Shown here piece after piece: positions 47,215 through 56,816 of a stretch of 64,000 bases of DNA. The position numbers and the translations under genes were made by a program. The notes beneath the pieces were generated by a model, which saw only the letters and a list, made by a program, of their open reading frames with translations, did no database searches and was not told where the DNA came from. This DNA is from Candidatus Moraniibacteriota bacterium (GTDB taxonomy: Bacteria; Patescibacteriota; Minisyncoccia; Moranbacterales; UBA2206). The stretch is from positions 25,490 through 89,489 of the forward strand of contig JAPLXG010000002.1 of the NCBI GenBank assembly GCA_026396175.1, given 5' to 3'. The first letter of the stretch is position 1. Each line of letters begins with the position of its first letter.

Positions 47215-48588
47215 TTACTGGTTCTCACTCAACTTCCAATCTTTTGAGAGATCAACTTGATAGGTCATTTTTTTCTGGCTTTTATAAATTACAGCTACTG
47301 TGCCAGAAACATTGCCTGAGCCGGATTGTCTTTGAATTAAAAGGTCATAGTTATCCACCGCACTTTTTGGCAAAGTATAGGAAAATTCCACCGTCTTAGT
47401 TTGCCCAATCGGTACACCAAGCAGTGATCCAAAATATTTTTTGTTCAGGTCGTCTCCAAATCTCTTATCACCTAAATTTTGCGAATCCGTCAGCCAACTA
47501 TTTTGGGGAGTATATACTCGCAAATAAGTTAAGTAATCTTTCGTCATCCAATCTTTTTGCTTGGCAGTGTGATTATAGGTCACCTTTAAATCAGCGGCTG
47601 GCACATCGCCGGACAAATCAACAGTGTAGTCAAATGAGCGACGCATATAGTAGTCGCTTTTTAGCGATCCCATATTGGCATCAACCAGCATCAGATAATC
47701 TTGCGACCAATTTTTGTCGACACTACCATCCCACTGCGCACTCTGGGCCTTACTTTCCAAATTTTCATCTTTGAAGTAGAGCTGGATATCTTTGCGATTC
47801 AAGTCATCCAAGATAATTTCCGCCAGTTTAATTTTATCGCTAATACTAAGCGTGAGCACTTTTTTCTTGATTTCGTCCGCCAAAAGATTCATCACACTTT
47901 TTCTTTCACCTCTTTCGATGCCCTGCTGATAAGATCCTTGTTCAACTTGATATTCGAGGTTTAATACCCCATTTTCACTATCATACGTTCCCGGATAACC
48001 CGGCACTTCCACTGGCCCGGTTACCCTGAGAAAAGAGGTCAGCACGTTACTATTGATTGCCACAACTCCGGCAAAATTTTCCTGGCCTTGTCCAAGGTGA
48101 TAAAACTCATCGGCCTTCTCCGCATTCGTTGGAAAATCCGCTGAAAAGTTTGAGTCGCGCAATTTCCAATCTTTGACATGTAGCGCATCCTTAAAAGGAT
48201 AAGGCGGATCAATTCCATCGGGCACGCGACCGTCAAAATTGGAAAGGTCATGAGTTTGCAATTGCTCCACTTTCCCGTCGAGCATTTTCAAGACTCCAAA
48301 CGATCCGATATAGCCACCACCTGGACGCAACTCCATATTGTTTTGGAAAAGCAACATGAAGGTTTTTTCCTCGCCGTCTTTTTCAAACAGGTACTGCGCA
48401 AAGCTGGCCATCGTTTTGAACTTGGCTTTTTGCAACTCGCCCAATGGTAAAAAATCGATCATCGCACTCATCGTCCCAAACTCTTTGTTATTTTTCACTT
48501 GCCAGTAGCCGTACCAACCTACTAAAAATAGGATGGCCAAAACCCAAAACAAAATAAATTTGCGATTACTTTTTTGCATAAAAATCAA
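47215..48588 (-). CDS. DUF4012-like membrane-anchored protein (paralog B)
   Basis: TFMLLFQNNMELRPGGGYIGSFGVLKMLDGKV block shared with 18963..20423. Confidence 0.7.
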   Translation of the reverse strand: MIFMQKSNRKFILFWVLAILFLVGWYGYWQVKNNKEFGTMSAMIDFLPLGELQKAKFKTMASFAQYLFEKDGEEKTFMLLFQNNMELRPGGGYIGSFGVLKMLDGKVEQLQTHDLSNFDGRVPDGIDPPYPFKDALHVKDWKLRDSNFSADFPTNAEKADEFYHLGQGQENFAGVVAINSNVLTSFLRVTGPVEVPGYPGTYDSENGVLNLEYQVEQGSYQQGIERGERKSVMNLLADEIKKKVLTLSISDKIKLAEIILDDLNRKDIQLYFKDENLESKAQSAQWDGSVDKNWSQDYLMLVDANMGSLKSDYYMRRSFDYTVDLSGDVPAADLKVTYNHTAKQKDWMTKDYLTYLRVYTPQNSWLTDSQNLGDKRFGDDLNKKYFGSLLGVPIGQTKTVEFSYTLPKSAVDNYDLLIQRQSGSGNVSGTVAVIYKSQKKMTYQVDLSKDWKLSENQ

Positions 48589-48725
48589 TATTTAAGGCTT
48601 ATAATTTATATAAATTCATGACTGTGTAGCTTACGCTAAAATCGGAAAAATGTCAAGCACGGTAGAAACTAAAACAGACCCTCCTATCTGCTTTAGTTTA
48701 AAGCTTTATAGGAAAGTCTGGAAAC

Positions 48726-49322
48726 TCAGAACTTGGATGAATCGGCAGCGATAACCGCCTTGAGTCTGGATGTATTGAGTATCAGCTGATTAGACTGATT
48801 CTTGACCGGAACGTAAATAATCATTCCAGACGTTGCCGAATAAACCACGGCTGTGTTAAAGGTGCCTGTAACCGTTTGCGCTATCTGGGAACCCGTCTCG
48901 GCATAATAAACATTCAGCTCTGTCACCAGAAGTGCATCCTTGACCGCAGCTAAAACTGCTGCGTCGCCAAAAACATAATAAGTAACTGGCGGTTGGACAG
49001 TTACATCCGCCGGATAAATCCATGGCGAAGGGTACCGTGTTTTTCCATCCGACCCCAATGTCGTGTTTGACTGGGTCATCGCCTCGGCCACTGCCCAACA
49101 GGGATTATCGAAATCTGGTACCAGTGTGCCATTGTATGGGTTAATTTGCTTTTCCCATACATTTTTACTGTTCAGATATAATTTGATGCCTATCGTCCCA
49201 TAAGCATAATTGTCCGACGTTAAGGGCACTATTTTGATGTCCTCATACTGTGCGAACACAGCTGAGGTCATCGCCATTACCAATAAAACAACCACGGCCA
49301 AAGTAAAAATGCTTTTTTTCAT
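48726..49322 (-). CDS. Hypothetical secreted protein
   Basis: Start trimmed to the internal Met giving a signal peptide (MKKSIFTLAVVVLLVMAMTSAVFAQ). Confidence 0.5.
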   Translation of the reverse strand: MKKSIFTLAVVVLLVMAMTSAVFAQYEDIKIVPLTSDNYAYGTIGIKLYLNSKNVWEKQINPYNGTLVPDFDNPCWAVAEAMTQSNTTLGSDGKTRYPSPWIYPADVTVQPPVTYYVFGDAAVLAAVKDALLVTELNVYYAETGSQIAQTVTGTFNTAVVYSATSGMIIYVPVKNQSNQLILNTSRLKAVIAADSSKF

Positions 49323-49440
49323 ACTCTCCGTCTCCTCCTTTTTGTGGTTAATTTTGGCCCGAAATCGAGCCTCTTTTTTTGACAAAAAACTGTCGAATCC
49401 GCGATAGGTCAACATAGCACGTATTTCCACTTTGTCAATA

Positions 49441-49476
49441 GCGTGGCAGGCTTTAGCGCTTGACAAGAATTCAAAA
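49441..49476 (+). promoter_or_regulatory. Putative sigma-70-type promoter (TTGACA-N17-TATGGT) for the sugar-transferase operon
   Basis: Consensus -35 hexamer and near-consensus -10 with 17-nt spacing, about 50 nt upstream of the 49523 start. Confidence 0.45.
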
Positions 49477-49522
49477 ATGCGCTATGGTTAACAGTTAGCT
49501 AAATAACTATCTTAAAGCTTCT

Positions 49523-50182
49523 ATGAACAGACCAAACACCGAAAATTACCTCCAATACGCCTCAATCAGTATTGCACATAATTCCAATAAACTGGATTAT
49601 TTTGGCATTAGTTCAACTTCAACATTTTTGAAACGCGCAATTGATGTTGTGCTATCTTTCGCAATCTTGGCCTTCTCCGCTCCTTTTCTGGTAATTATTG
49701 CCATTGTCATAAAACTATCTCGCTATGGCACAATTATTTTTTCCCAAAAAAGAGTCGGTCAAAATGGAGAAATTTTCCGCCTCTATAAATTTCGCACACT
49801 TTATGATAACGCGGATCCTTATGCGATAACACCAACCAAAGACAGTGACCCAAGGATTACGCCAGTGGGAAAATTTTTGCGCGATACCGGGCTCGATGAA
49901 TTGCCACAACTCATTAATGTTCTCCGTGGTGAAATGAGCATCGTTGGGCCAAGACCGGAAATGGAATTTATTGTAAGAAATTATAGTCTTTTTGAAAAAA
50001 CTAGACTGCTCGTGAAACCCGGCGTCACCGGTCTTTGGCAACTTCACGCTGATCGCACAAAACCAATCCATGAAAATCTGGATTATGATTTGCACTACAT
50101 TGAAAACTATTCGCTCTTTTTGGATTTCACCCTTATAATGGAAACGGCATTATTCATACTGAAAAAAATTATCAAGTTCTAA
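49523..50182 (+). CDS. Initiating sugar transferase (polyprenyl-phosphate glycosyl-1-phosphate transferase, WbaP/CpsE C-terminal-domain type)
   Basis: KRAIDVVLSFAILAFSAPF..., IFRLYKFRTL, LDELPQLINVLRGEMSIVGPRP motifs of the bacterial sugar transferase family. Confidence 0.85.
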   Translation: MNRPNTENYLQYASISIAHNSNKLDYFGISSTSTFLKRAIDVVLSFAILAFSAPFLVIIAIVIKLSRYGTIIFSQKRVGQNGEIFRLYKFRTLYDNADPYAITPTKDSDPRITPVGKFLRDTGLDELPQLINVLRGEMSIVGPRPEMEFIVRNYSLFEKTRLLVKPGVTGLWQLHADRTKPIHENLDYDLHYIENYSLFLDFTLIMETALFILKKIIKF

Positions 50183-50187
50183 ATCCG

Positions 50188-51405
50188 ATGAAAAAGTCTG
50201 TTTTATTTTTAGTTCAAAACCTGCCGGTTCCCCAGGATCGCCGCATTATGATGGAAGCGCGGGCACTTAAAGATAGTGGATACGCCGTGTCCATTATTTC
50301 GCCACGTAAACCGAAGCAAAAAAAATTTGAAATTCTGGAAGGAATTTACATATTCCGCTATTTAATGGCGCCCAAATCGCTCGGCTACCTCAACTATCTT
50401 TGGGAATATTTTTATTCTTTTACCCTGACTTTTTATCTTACCTGGAAAATTTTTCTCACGCGCGGATTTTCCGTCATCCATTCTGCCAACCCACCGGATT
50501 TCTTTTTCCTTATCGCGTTGTTTTTCAAACCGTTTGGGATCAAATTTGTCTATGACCAGCACGACCTGATGCCGGAAATGCTGCTTTGCCGTTTTGGAAA
50601 AACTAAAGACCACTGGCTCTATAAAATTTTACTTTTTATGGAACGGATGAACTACCGTCTGAGCGATATTCACCTCGCCACTTGTCAGTCTGGTCAGGAA
50701 AAGACACTTTCGCGCGTCAAAGTAGTCGCGAAAAATTTCATTGTTCGTTCCGCACCAGACCCAACTCAGATCAGCCCAGAACTAATTGACCCTGAGCTGA
50801 CTAAGAAAGTCCAAGCGAAATACCGCTATCTTTGCTCTTACTTGGGTGTGATGGGTCCGCAAGACGGTGTGGATAAACTCTTGCGTAGCATCCGTGTGAT
50901 CGTGCATGAATCAAAACGGACTGATATTGGATATGTCCTAATGGGCGATGGCGATGATTTTGACCGCTTGGTAAAAATGGCAAAGGACTATAAAATAGAA
51001 GATAATGTTATTTCCACCGGTTGGGCTGATGCCAAGACAATTTCCACCTATTTTTATGCCTCGCAAATTGGCCTGATGCCAGAACCAAAAAATGATTACA
51101 CAGACAATTCACTGCACAACAAAATTTTGGAATATATGTCCGCCGGCCTACCAGTCGTTTCCTATGATTTGAAAGAAGCACGAGTGACAGCGGGAAATGC
51201 TTCGCTATATGTGAAAAATAATAATGAAAAAGAGTTTGCTAAAACGATCATTGAACTGATTGATAATTCCACCTTGCGTCAAGCGATGACGACGGAAAGT
51301 AAAAAACGCGCCGGAAATTATCTCTTCACCCAAGCCTCATCGCAGAAAGAACTTCTGCGTGCGTATAATTCATTGTTCCTAATTAAAAGTCTTGATAAAA
51401 TTTGA
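50188..51405 (+). CDS. GT4 glycosyltransferase
   Basis: GT-B fold; C-terminal nucleotide-sugar-binding domain. Confidence 0.7.
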   Translation: MKKSVLFLVQNLPVPQDRRIMMEARALKDSGYAVSIISPRKPKQKKFEILEGIYIFRYLMAPKSLGYLNYLWEYFYSFTLTFYLTWKIFLTRGFSVIHSANPPDFFFLIALFFKPFGIKFVYDQHDLMPEMLLCRFGKTKDHWLYKILLFMERMNYRLSDIHLATCQSGQEKTLSRVKVVAKNFIVRSAPDPTQISPELIDPELTKKVQAKYRYLCSYLGVMGPQDGVDKLLRSIRVIVHESKRTDIGYVLMGDGDDFDRLVKMAKDYKIEDNVISTGWADAKTISTYFYASQIGLMPEPKNDYTDNSLHNKILEYMSAGLPVVSYDLKEARVTAGNASLYVKNNNEKEFAKTIIELIDNSTLRQAMTTESKKRAGNYLFTQASSQKELLRAYNSLFLIKSLDKI

Positions 51406-51417
51406 AAAATAGCCAGT

Positions 51418-51520
51418 TACAGGTTACAGGAACGGGTTTAAAACCCGTTTCGCATAGTTTGCTAACTTACAAGGTCTGTAAACTAAAAGGAGCGGGTTAC
51501 AAACCCGCTCCTGCAAGAAG
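51418..51520 (+). repeat. REP-like hairpin cluster at a gene 3' end (AACGGGTTT/AAACCCGTT; AGGAGCGGGTT-ACAA-ACCCGCTCCT)
   Basis: About 85-nt unit shared with 52690..52775 (AACCCGTTTCGCATAGTTTnCTAAnTTnCAAnGTCTGTAA...GCTCCTGC). Confidence 0.6.
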
Positions 51521-51653
51521 ATAACTAAATGCTCAAATAAATGCGTTTTAAAACTAAAAATTTATTAATTTAGATTTGAATTAAAATTTAGAATTTCAAA
51601 TTTAAAATTCAAGAGCTGTTTTTTTAAAGAATGCGAGATGTAATAATAATCAT

Positions 51654-52667
51654 ATGTTAAAAAAGGCCTTTATTATCTGGGTTCAAGAAGTCAAACTGAG
51701 CGAATTTCTCGCTCGGGAAATTGACGCCAAAATTATCATCTCTTGCAAAAAATACTGGGGCCGTTTTGCTATTCCTATAATTTTTCGCTATATCATTCAG
51801 GGTTTTGATACCTATCGAAAATTACGCCAAATTCGACCACAAATCATCTTTGTCCAGAACCCACCCATCACGGCAGTTTTGGTGGTTTATTTTTATGCTA
51901 AATTAAATTCCGCGAAGTATATCATCGACACGCACACGGCCGGCTTTATCGATCGCAAGTGGATCTTTTTTCATCCACTCCACAAATTCCTCGCCAAGCG
52001 CGCTATCTGGAACACCGCACATAACTACAAAAATTTGGAAATCTTGAAGAGCTGGGGCATTGAGAAAAGTTCTGTTTTGCAATTCTACACTCCAACTAAA
52101 AAAGAAGTCTTGAAAGAAAACGTGAAGCTATCTTCCGAATTGGAAGATAAGTTGAACAAGCGTGCCGGCCTTAAAGTTTTTATGGTCAACCGCTTCGCCG
52201 GCGATGATGCTTGGCAAGAAGTCGCCGAGACCGCCAAACTTCTGCCCCAAGCAATTTTTTTCCTCACCGGCAATGACAAAAAAATTAGTCCTAGCGTCAA
52301 AAGCACTTTTCCGGAAAATGTCATTCTCACCGGTTATCTTAGACACCCGGAGTTTATGACGTTAATGGAACGTTCGGATGTCATTCTGGCCCTCACCAAA
52401 CGGCGCGACACAGTCCTCTGGTCAATCCGCGAAATTATGGCACTGCGAAAACCATTTGTCACAACCGACTCTGATGCCATTCGTCATTACTTTTCCGACG
52501 TCGCCCTGTTTACCAATCATAATCCGAAAGACATGGCAGCTAAAATCCAACTCGCCATAAAAAACCAAGCTGAGCTGAAAGAAAAAATTGAGCTATTCCT
52601 AGAAAAAGATGCGATTCGCTGGAAAAATGATATACTATTCATAGATAAAATTATCGCAAACGATTAG
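51654..52667 (+). CDS. Glycosyltransferase (GT-B, GT1/GT4-like)
   Basis: C-terminal domain resembles the glycosyl transferase group 1 family; weak N-terminal similarity. Confidence 0.5.
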   Translation: MLKKAFIIWVQEVKLSEFLAREIDAKIIISCKKYWGRFAIPIIFRYIIQGFDTYRKLRQIRPQIIFVQNPPITAVLVVYFYAKLNSAKYIIDTHTAGFIDRKWIFFHPLHKFLAKRAIWNTAHNYKNLEILKSWGIEKSSVLQFYTPTKKEVLKENVKLSSELEDKLNKRAGLKVFMVNRFAGDDAWQEVAETAKLLPQAIFFLTGNDKKISPSVKSTFPENVILTGYLRHPEFMTLMERSDVILALTKRRDTVLWSIREIMALRKPFVTTDSDAIRHYFSDVALFTNHNPKDMAAKIQLAIKNQAELKEKIELFLEKDAIRWKNDILFIDKIIAND

Positions 52668-52780
52668 GCAGCCTGCCGGTAGGCAGGTAACCCGTTTCGC
52701 ATAGTTTACTAATTTGCAAAGTCTGTAAGCCCAAAGGGCCCCCGCCTGGAGGGGGCTCCTGCGATGAAAAACATTTGTAT
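52668..52780 (+). repeat. REP-like hairpin cluster at a gene 3' end (CCTGCC-GGTA-GGCAGG; second copy of the 51437..51520 unit)
   Basis: Shares the AACCCGTTTCGCATAGTTT... unit and a terminal ...GCTCCTGC hairpin with 51418..51520. Confidence 0.6.
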
Positions 52781-52812
52781 ATTTGTAAATTTGTATTAAT
52801 TTGTAATTTGTA

Positions 52813-54042
52813 GTGATGCCAAAGATTCTATTTTTATCTGAAATGCCAATTACCAATGGGGTCATTCAAGCCCAGCTTTTGCCTGTGCTTCTGGAAAGCG
52901 CTCGCCTCGGATATGCGACCGAAGTCCTGGAAACTACTGGCCGGTTTGACGCCCAAGAAAAATACCGCCCAGAAATGGAAAAAAAACTGACCGAGACGGG
53001 AATAGTTTTGCGAAAAATCAATGTCCCCCGTTTCACTTTTTTGCCTTCTATTTTATATTTTTCTTTGCAGTCACACGGTCTTTTGAAAAAACAGCTCGCG
53101 ACATCCGCCTTAGAACCTACGATTATTTATGCGAGAAATTATAAATTTATCCCCTTTCTCCTTTGGGCCAATTATTTTTGGCACATTCCTTTCATCTATA
53201 GCCCCCGTGGTGCCTATGTGGCCGAGCGGAAACATTACCGTAAAATCAAAGATCTGGCTTATGGTTATTTCATCGGTCTTCTGGAAAAACACGCTACTCA
53301 AAAAAGTTTTGCCACGATCGTGGAAACGGAACAGTTCAAAAAACATCTAGCAGGATTGTACCAGATTGATGGAAAAAATATCACCGTCATCCCTAATTAT
53401 TGGGACGCGTCGCTTCTTCCTGAAAAAAACTGGGACCGCGATGAAATGCGTGAAAAGCTCGGACTTTCCGGGAAGAAAATAATTGTCTATACTGGAACAG
53501 TAGAGGCTTGGTATGCTTTTGAAAAAATGGTTGCGCTCGTGGCGCAGCTGCGAAAAAAAGACCCGACCATCTTTTTCCAACTATTCCTAAAAGAGGATTA
53601 CGCCCGCACCGAGTCGCTGAAAATTATGCAGGCATTACCGGAAATTTTTGAAAAATACGGACTGGGAAAAGATGCTTATGCCATTTCATCCTATCCTCCC
53701 GCCGAGCGCTATTTCTATCTTTCGGCCTGTGACGCCAGCATCTGCCTTACGACCACCGCTGAGTTCAAAACAATGATGCTCTATCTTAAAATAGTCGATT
53801 TTTGGGGAGCCGGACTGCCAGTGATCGCCAATAAAGAAATCGCTGCCGTTAGAAATGTGATTGAAAATTCCAACACGGGCGCGGTGGTTGATTATGCCGA
53901 TTGGGAAGAGTCTGTAGCAAAAATTGATCCGGAAAAACTTTTCAAAAAATCCGCCACCTATTCTCAAGAAATTGAAAAATATTCCTCAGAAAAAGTTTTG
54001 CCGCTCTATTTTAATTTATTCGAAAAAAGCTTTCAGGAATAA
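52813..54042 (+). CDS. Glycosyltransferase (GT4-like)
   Basis: GT-B two-domain architecture in the glycan cluster. Confidence 0.55.
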   Translation: MMPKILFLSEMPITNGVIQAQLLPVLLESARLGYATEVLETTGRFDAQEKYRPEMEKKLTETGIVLRKINVPRFTFLPSILYFSLQSHGLLKKQLATSALEPTIIYARNYKFIPFLLWANYFWHIPFIYSPRGAYVAERKHYRKIKDLAYGYFIGLLEKHATQKSFATIVETEQFKKHLAGLYQIDGKNITVIPNYWDASLLPEKNWDRDEMREKLGLSGKKIIVYTGTVEAWYAFEKMVALVAQLRKKDPTIFFQLFLKEDYARTESLKIMQALPEIFEKYGLGKDAYAISSYPPAERYFYLSACDASICLTTTAEFKTMMLYLKIVDFWGAGLPVIANKEIAAVRNVIENSNTGAVVDYADWEESVAKIDPEKLFKKSATYSQEIEKYSSEKVLPLYFNLFEKSFQE

Positions 54043-54043
54043 T

Positions 54044-55507
54044 ATGCCAATCATACCAAGTAAAATTTCAAATCCCCAGAAGAATTCCCGGCTCTATGCG
54101 TACGTGCTAATTTTCGCCGTCATTTTTTTTCTCACCGGCATTCTCTTCGGACAACTGGCTGGCAATATCCGCTTGGTAATGGGCGCTTTCATTTTTATGT
54201 TTCTTTCCGCCTTGGCTTTTTGGGATATGAAAAAAGTGCTTTGGACGATTCTCTTTTTTCTTCCACTAATTTTCGGACTAAGTAACTACCAAATTAATAT
54301 CAGTTCCTTTTTTCAGGGCATCGTCAATATCAATGATCTATACGCTAATCCGTTCTCTTTGACTTGTCTTTTCCTAATTTTCCTGGCTACTATCGAACTC
54401 ATTAGGCGTGGCAAGAAAATGACCAAAATCCCGCTTTTTTTCATCCTCCTACTCTCAGCCCTTTTGAGTGTGATAGTTCTTCTGCCCTCCAGATATCTTA
54501 CCAGCGGACTGGTTTTTGAAGTCTATCTGTTGGCCGGATTTTCCGTCTATTTCTTGAGCTATCTATTTCTAGGTTCCAAGGAGAACTATCTCAAAACAAT
54601 TTTTGTGATTATTTTTTCTGCCATAATTCCGGCCGGAGTGGGAATCTTCCAGTTTCTGACCGGCAACTATTTTTTCGAAAATGATTCAGATTTGGGCAGA
54701 ATTGCTGCTACATTCCCCCATCCCAATACTTTCGGCTCTTTTCTTTTTGTCGTCCTAGCACTATTCCTCATCACCTTCTTCGCCATAAAACTAGAAAACA
54801 AACTGACTAACTTCTCAAAGCTCATAATCTATTTTTTCGCGGCCATCTTGGGTCTACTGCTTATCCTCACCTATTCCCGCACCGCCTGGTCCGGTCTTTT
54901 GGTTGCAGTCCTCGCAATTTTTATTCTGAAACCGCGATTCAGACTGCTGATGACTTATTGCGGATTACTCCTAGCTGGGGCGGTGATGCTTTTTGAAAAA
55001 ACTCGAGAAAGAATTTTGGGAATTTTTGAGCATCATATGTTCGATTCAATGTATGGTCGCTATGAAATTTGGGATATGGCGCTTTATCGCTCCTGGAAAA
55101 AACCTTTCATCGGCTATGGCATCGGGTCGTTCAGCGAAATGATCAAAGACACCCAGGGCAAGGCTACTGGTAATGTTTATCCCCACAACGACCTCATCCG
55201 CTTCTTTTTGGAAGGCGGGATTTTGGGCGTCACGCTTTATCTGCTCTATCTGATCGGAGCGCTTTATTATTCCACCAAAAGCTTTTTGCACTACCCCGAG
55301 ACTAGCGAAAAAATCAGTTTTTGGGGAAAACGCTTTGATGTCGAACTGAAAACTTTAGGTGTCATCCCACTGGTCCTTTTTGGATCAACAATCGTCATAT
55401 CTATGGTCGAATCACCCTCGATGGACTTCACCTTTCAACTTCTCAGTTGGGTGCTTCTCGGCAGTTGGCTGGGAGCCAGCCGAGAATATTGGCAGAAAAA
55501 ATCATAA
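54044..55507 (+). CDS. O-antigen ligase/polymerase family membrane protein (Wzy_C-like)
   Basis: Start trimmed to Met 41 (the ORF-track start overlaps the previous gene). About 10 TM helices; conserved YSRTAWSGLLV segment. Confidence 0.65.
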   Translation: MPIIPSKISNPQKNSRLYAYVLIFAVIFFLTGILFGQLAGNIRLVMGAFIFMFLSALAFWDMKKVLWTILFFLPLIFGLSNYQINISSFFQGIVNINDLYANPFSLTCLFLIFLATIELIRRGKKMTKIPLFFILLLSALLSVIVLLPSRYLTSGLVFEVYLLAGFSVYFLSYLFLGSKENYLKTIFVIIFSAIIPAGVGIFQFLTGNYFFENDSDLGRIAATFPHPNTFGSFLFVVLALFLITFFAIKLENKLTNFSKLIIYFFAAILGLLLILTYSRTAWSGLLVAVLAIFILKPRFRLLMTYCGLLLAGAVMLFEKTRERILGIFEHHMFDSMYGRYEIWDMALYRSWKKPFIGYGIGSFSEMIKDTQGKATGNVYPHNDLIRFFLEGGILGVTLYLLYLIGALYYSTKSFLHYPETSEKISFWGKRFDVELKTLGVIPLVLFGSTIVISMVESPSMDFTFQLLSWVLLGSWLGASREYWQKKS

Positions 55508-55518
55508 ACAAAAGTTAT

Positions 55519-55658
55519 TGTCATCCTGAGCGTAGCCGAAGGATCTGCTCACGGTAATCGCGGGTTTTACCATAAATCGCTAGGTTAATGATAATGATTA
55601 GCAGATCCTTCGACTGCATAAATTTTCTAGCGAAAATTTATTCCGCTCAGGATGACAA
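55519..55658 (-). mobile_element. MITE-like element copy 4 (inverted orientation relative to copies 1-3)
   Basis: Same TIRs. The 32-nt module GAATAAATTTTCGCTAGAAAATTTATGCAG is present as its reverse complement at the right end. Confidence 0.7.
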
Positions 55659-55693
55659 TATTTTATAAATTCTAAAAAATTAACCAAATCATT

Positions 55694-56626
55694 ATGGATC
55701 AAGATCTAAAACTAAGCTCCCCTGAAAAAAAAGACTACGACAAAATCGCGATGTGGCTTTTGAACTTGGAATGCAATTTCAAGTGCCCCTATTGCTTTTT
55801 CGATGACTCCCAGCGCAGTCTCAAAACAAGAGTCGCTGACTGGCTCCGGGGTAAGGTTCCTGCCATCAATCCCTACAAAACTCGCTTTATCACGCCAGAA
55901 AAAATCGGCCAGTTTTTTGATGATACCGAAAAGAAATGGTGGGTCGTAATTTCCGGCGGCGAGCCATTTGTATATCCACGCTTTGTGGAAATTGTGAAGC
56001 GCTTGTCGCAAAAGCATATGGTCACGATTGGCACGAACCTCGGCCTTTCCATTGATAAGTTTATTGAGGAAGTCAGCCCGGAAAACATTTGGTCATTCTA
56101 TGTTTCAATGCATCTGGCCGAACGAGAACGCCAAGGACTAACTGTCGACGATCTCTTGGAAAAAGTAAAACGCCTGCGTGATGCCGGTTTTCGCGTGGAA
56201 ATTAATTATGTGATGTATCCACCAGACATCAAACGCTTTCCCGCTATTTTTGAACAATTCAAAAAAGAAGGCTTCATCCTGGAAGCCCGCGCTTTCCGCG
56301 GAACTTACGAGGGAAAAATCTATCCCAAAGCCTACGACGAGGAAGAAAGAAAAATCTTTCAGGATTATATCCCCTCCGAGGTTGACCGCGTCGCCAGTTT
56401 TGAAAGCCTTTCTTTTATGGACGTCCCCTGCACCGCCGGAAAAAATCTCATCCGCATCCGCCCCGACGGATCAATCACCCGTTGTCCTCACGACAGAGAA
56501 AACTTGGGCAATATGTTTGAAAAAAAACTAAACCTCCACGAAAAAGTAAAACCTTGCGCTGTGCCTTATTGCAAATGCACCCTCGCCATCAAAGAGGGGT
56601 GTGTGGATTTTGGGAAGAGGAAATAA
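55694..56626 (+). CDS. Radical SAM protein
   Basis: CNFKCPYC (CxxxCxxC) cluster near the N-terminus; additional Cys pairs near the C-terminus (CPHD..., CAVPYCKC). Confidence 0.7.
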   Translation: MDQDLKLSSPEKKDYDKIAMWLLNLECNFKCPYCFFDDSQRSLKTRVADWLRGKVPAINPYKTRFITPEKIGQFFDDTEKKWWVVISGGEPFVYPRFVEIVKRLSQKHMVTIGTNLGLSIDKFIEEVSPENIWSFYVSMHLAERERQGLTVDDLLEKVKRLRDAGFRVEINYVMYPPDIKRFPAIFEQFKKEGFILEARAFRGTYEGKIYPKAYDEEERKIFQDYIPSEVDRVASFESLSFMDVPCTAGKNLIRIRPDGSITRCPHDRENLGNMFEKKLNLHEKVKPCAVPYCKCTLAIKEGCVDFGKRK

Positions 56627-56635
56627 TATGTATCG

Positions 56636-56800
56636 CAGGAGCCCCGCCCAGGCGGGGCTCCTCCCGTTCGCAATCTAACTGCAATATATAAGCCGCTCCC
56701 AATCCGTTTCACCTGAAAACCACTAGGAGCAAGGTGCAACCTTGCTCCTGCCCTAGGGAGTTGCAGGAGCATAGTTGCACTATGCTCCTCCCATTTAACA
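56636..56800. repeat. REP-like hairpin array upstream of the RAYT gene (AGGAGC[stem]TGCAA[stem]GCTCCT family)
   Basis: Hairpins AGGAGCCCCGCC..GGCGGGGCTCCT, AGGAGCAAGGTGCAACCTTGCTCCT and AGGAGCATAGTTGCACTATGCTCCT, with compensatory inner-stem variation. Confidence 0.65.
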
Positions 56801-56816
56801 ATCAAAATAAAAAAAA

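Noticed and set aside
48856-49098. Nested or antisense small ORFs (e.g. 48856..49098, 49210..49407) around the secreted protein gene
   Set aside because: Embedded in or antisense to the longer signal-peptide ORF, with no independent support.
53924-54043. ORF-track start of the O-antigen ligase gene overlapping the preceding glycosyltransferase by 118 nt
   Set aside because: The overlap encodes a non-hydrophobic leader. An ATG at 54044 lies 2 nt after the upstream stop and begins the first TM segment, so the start was trimmed.
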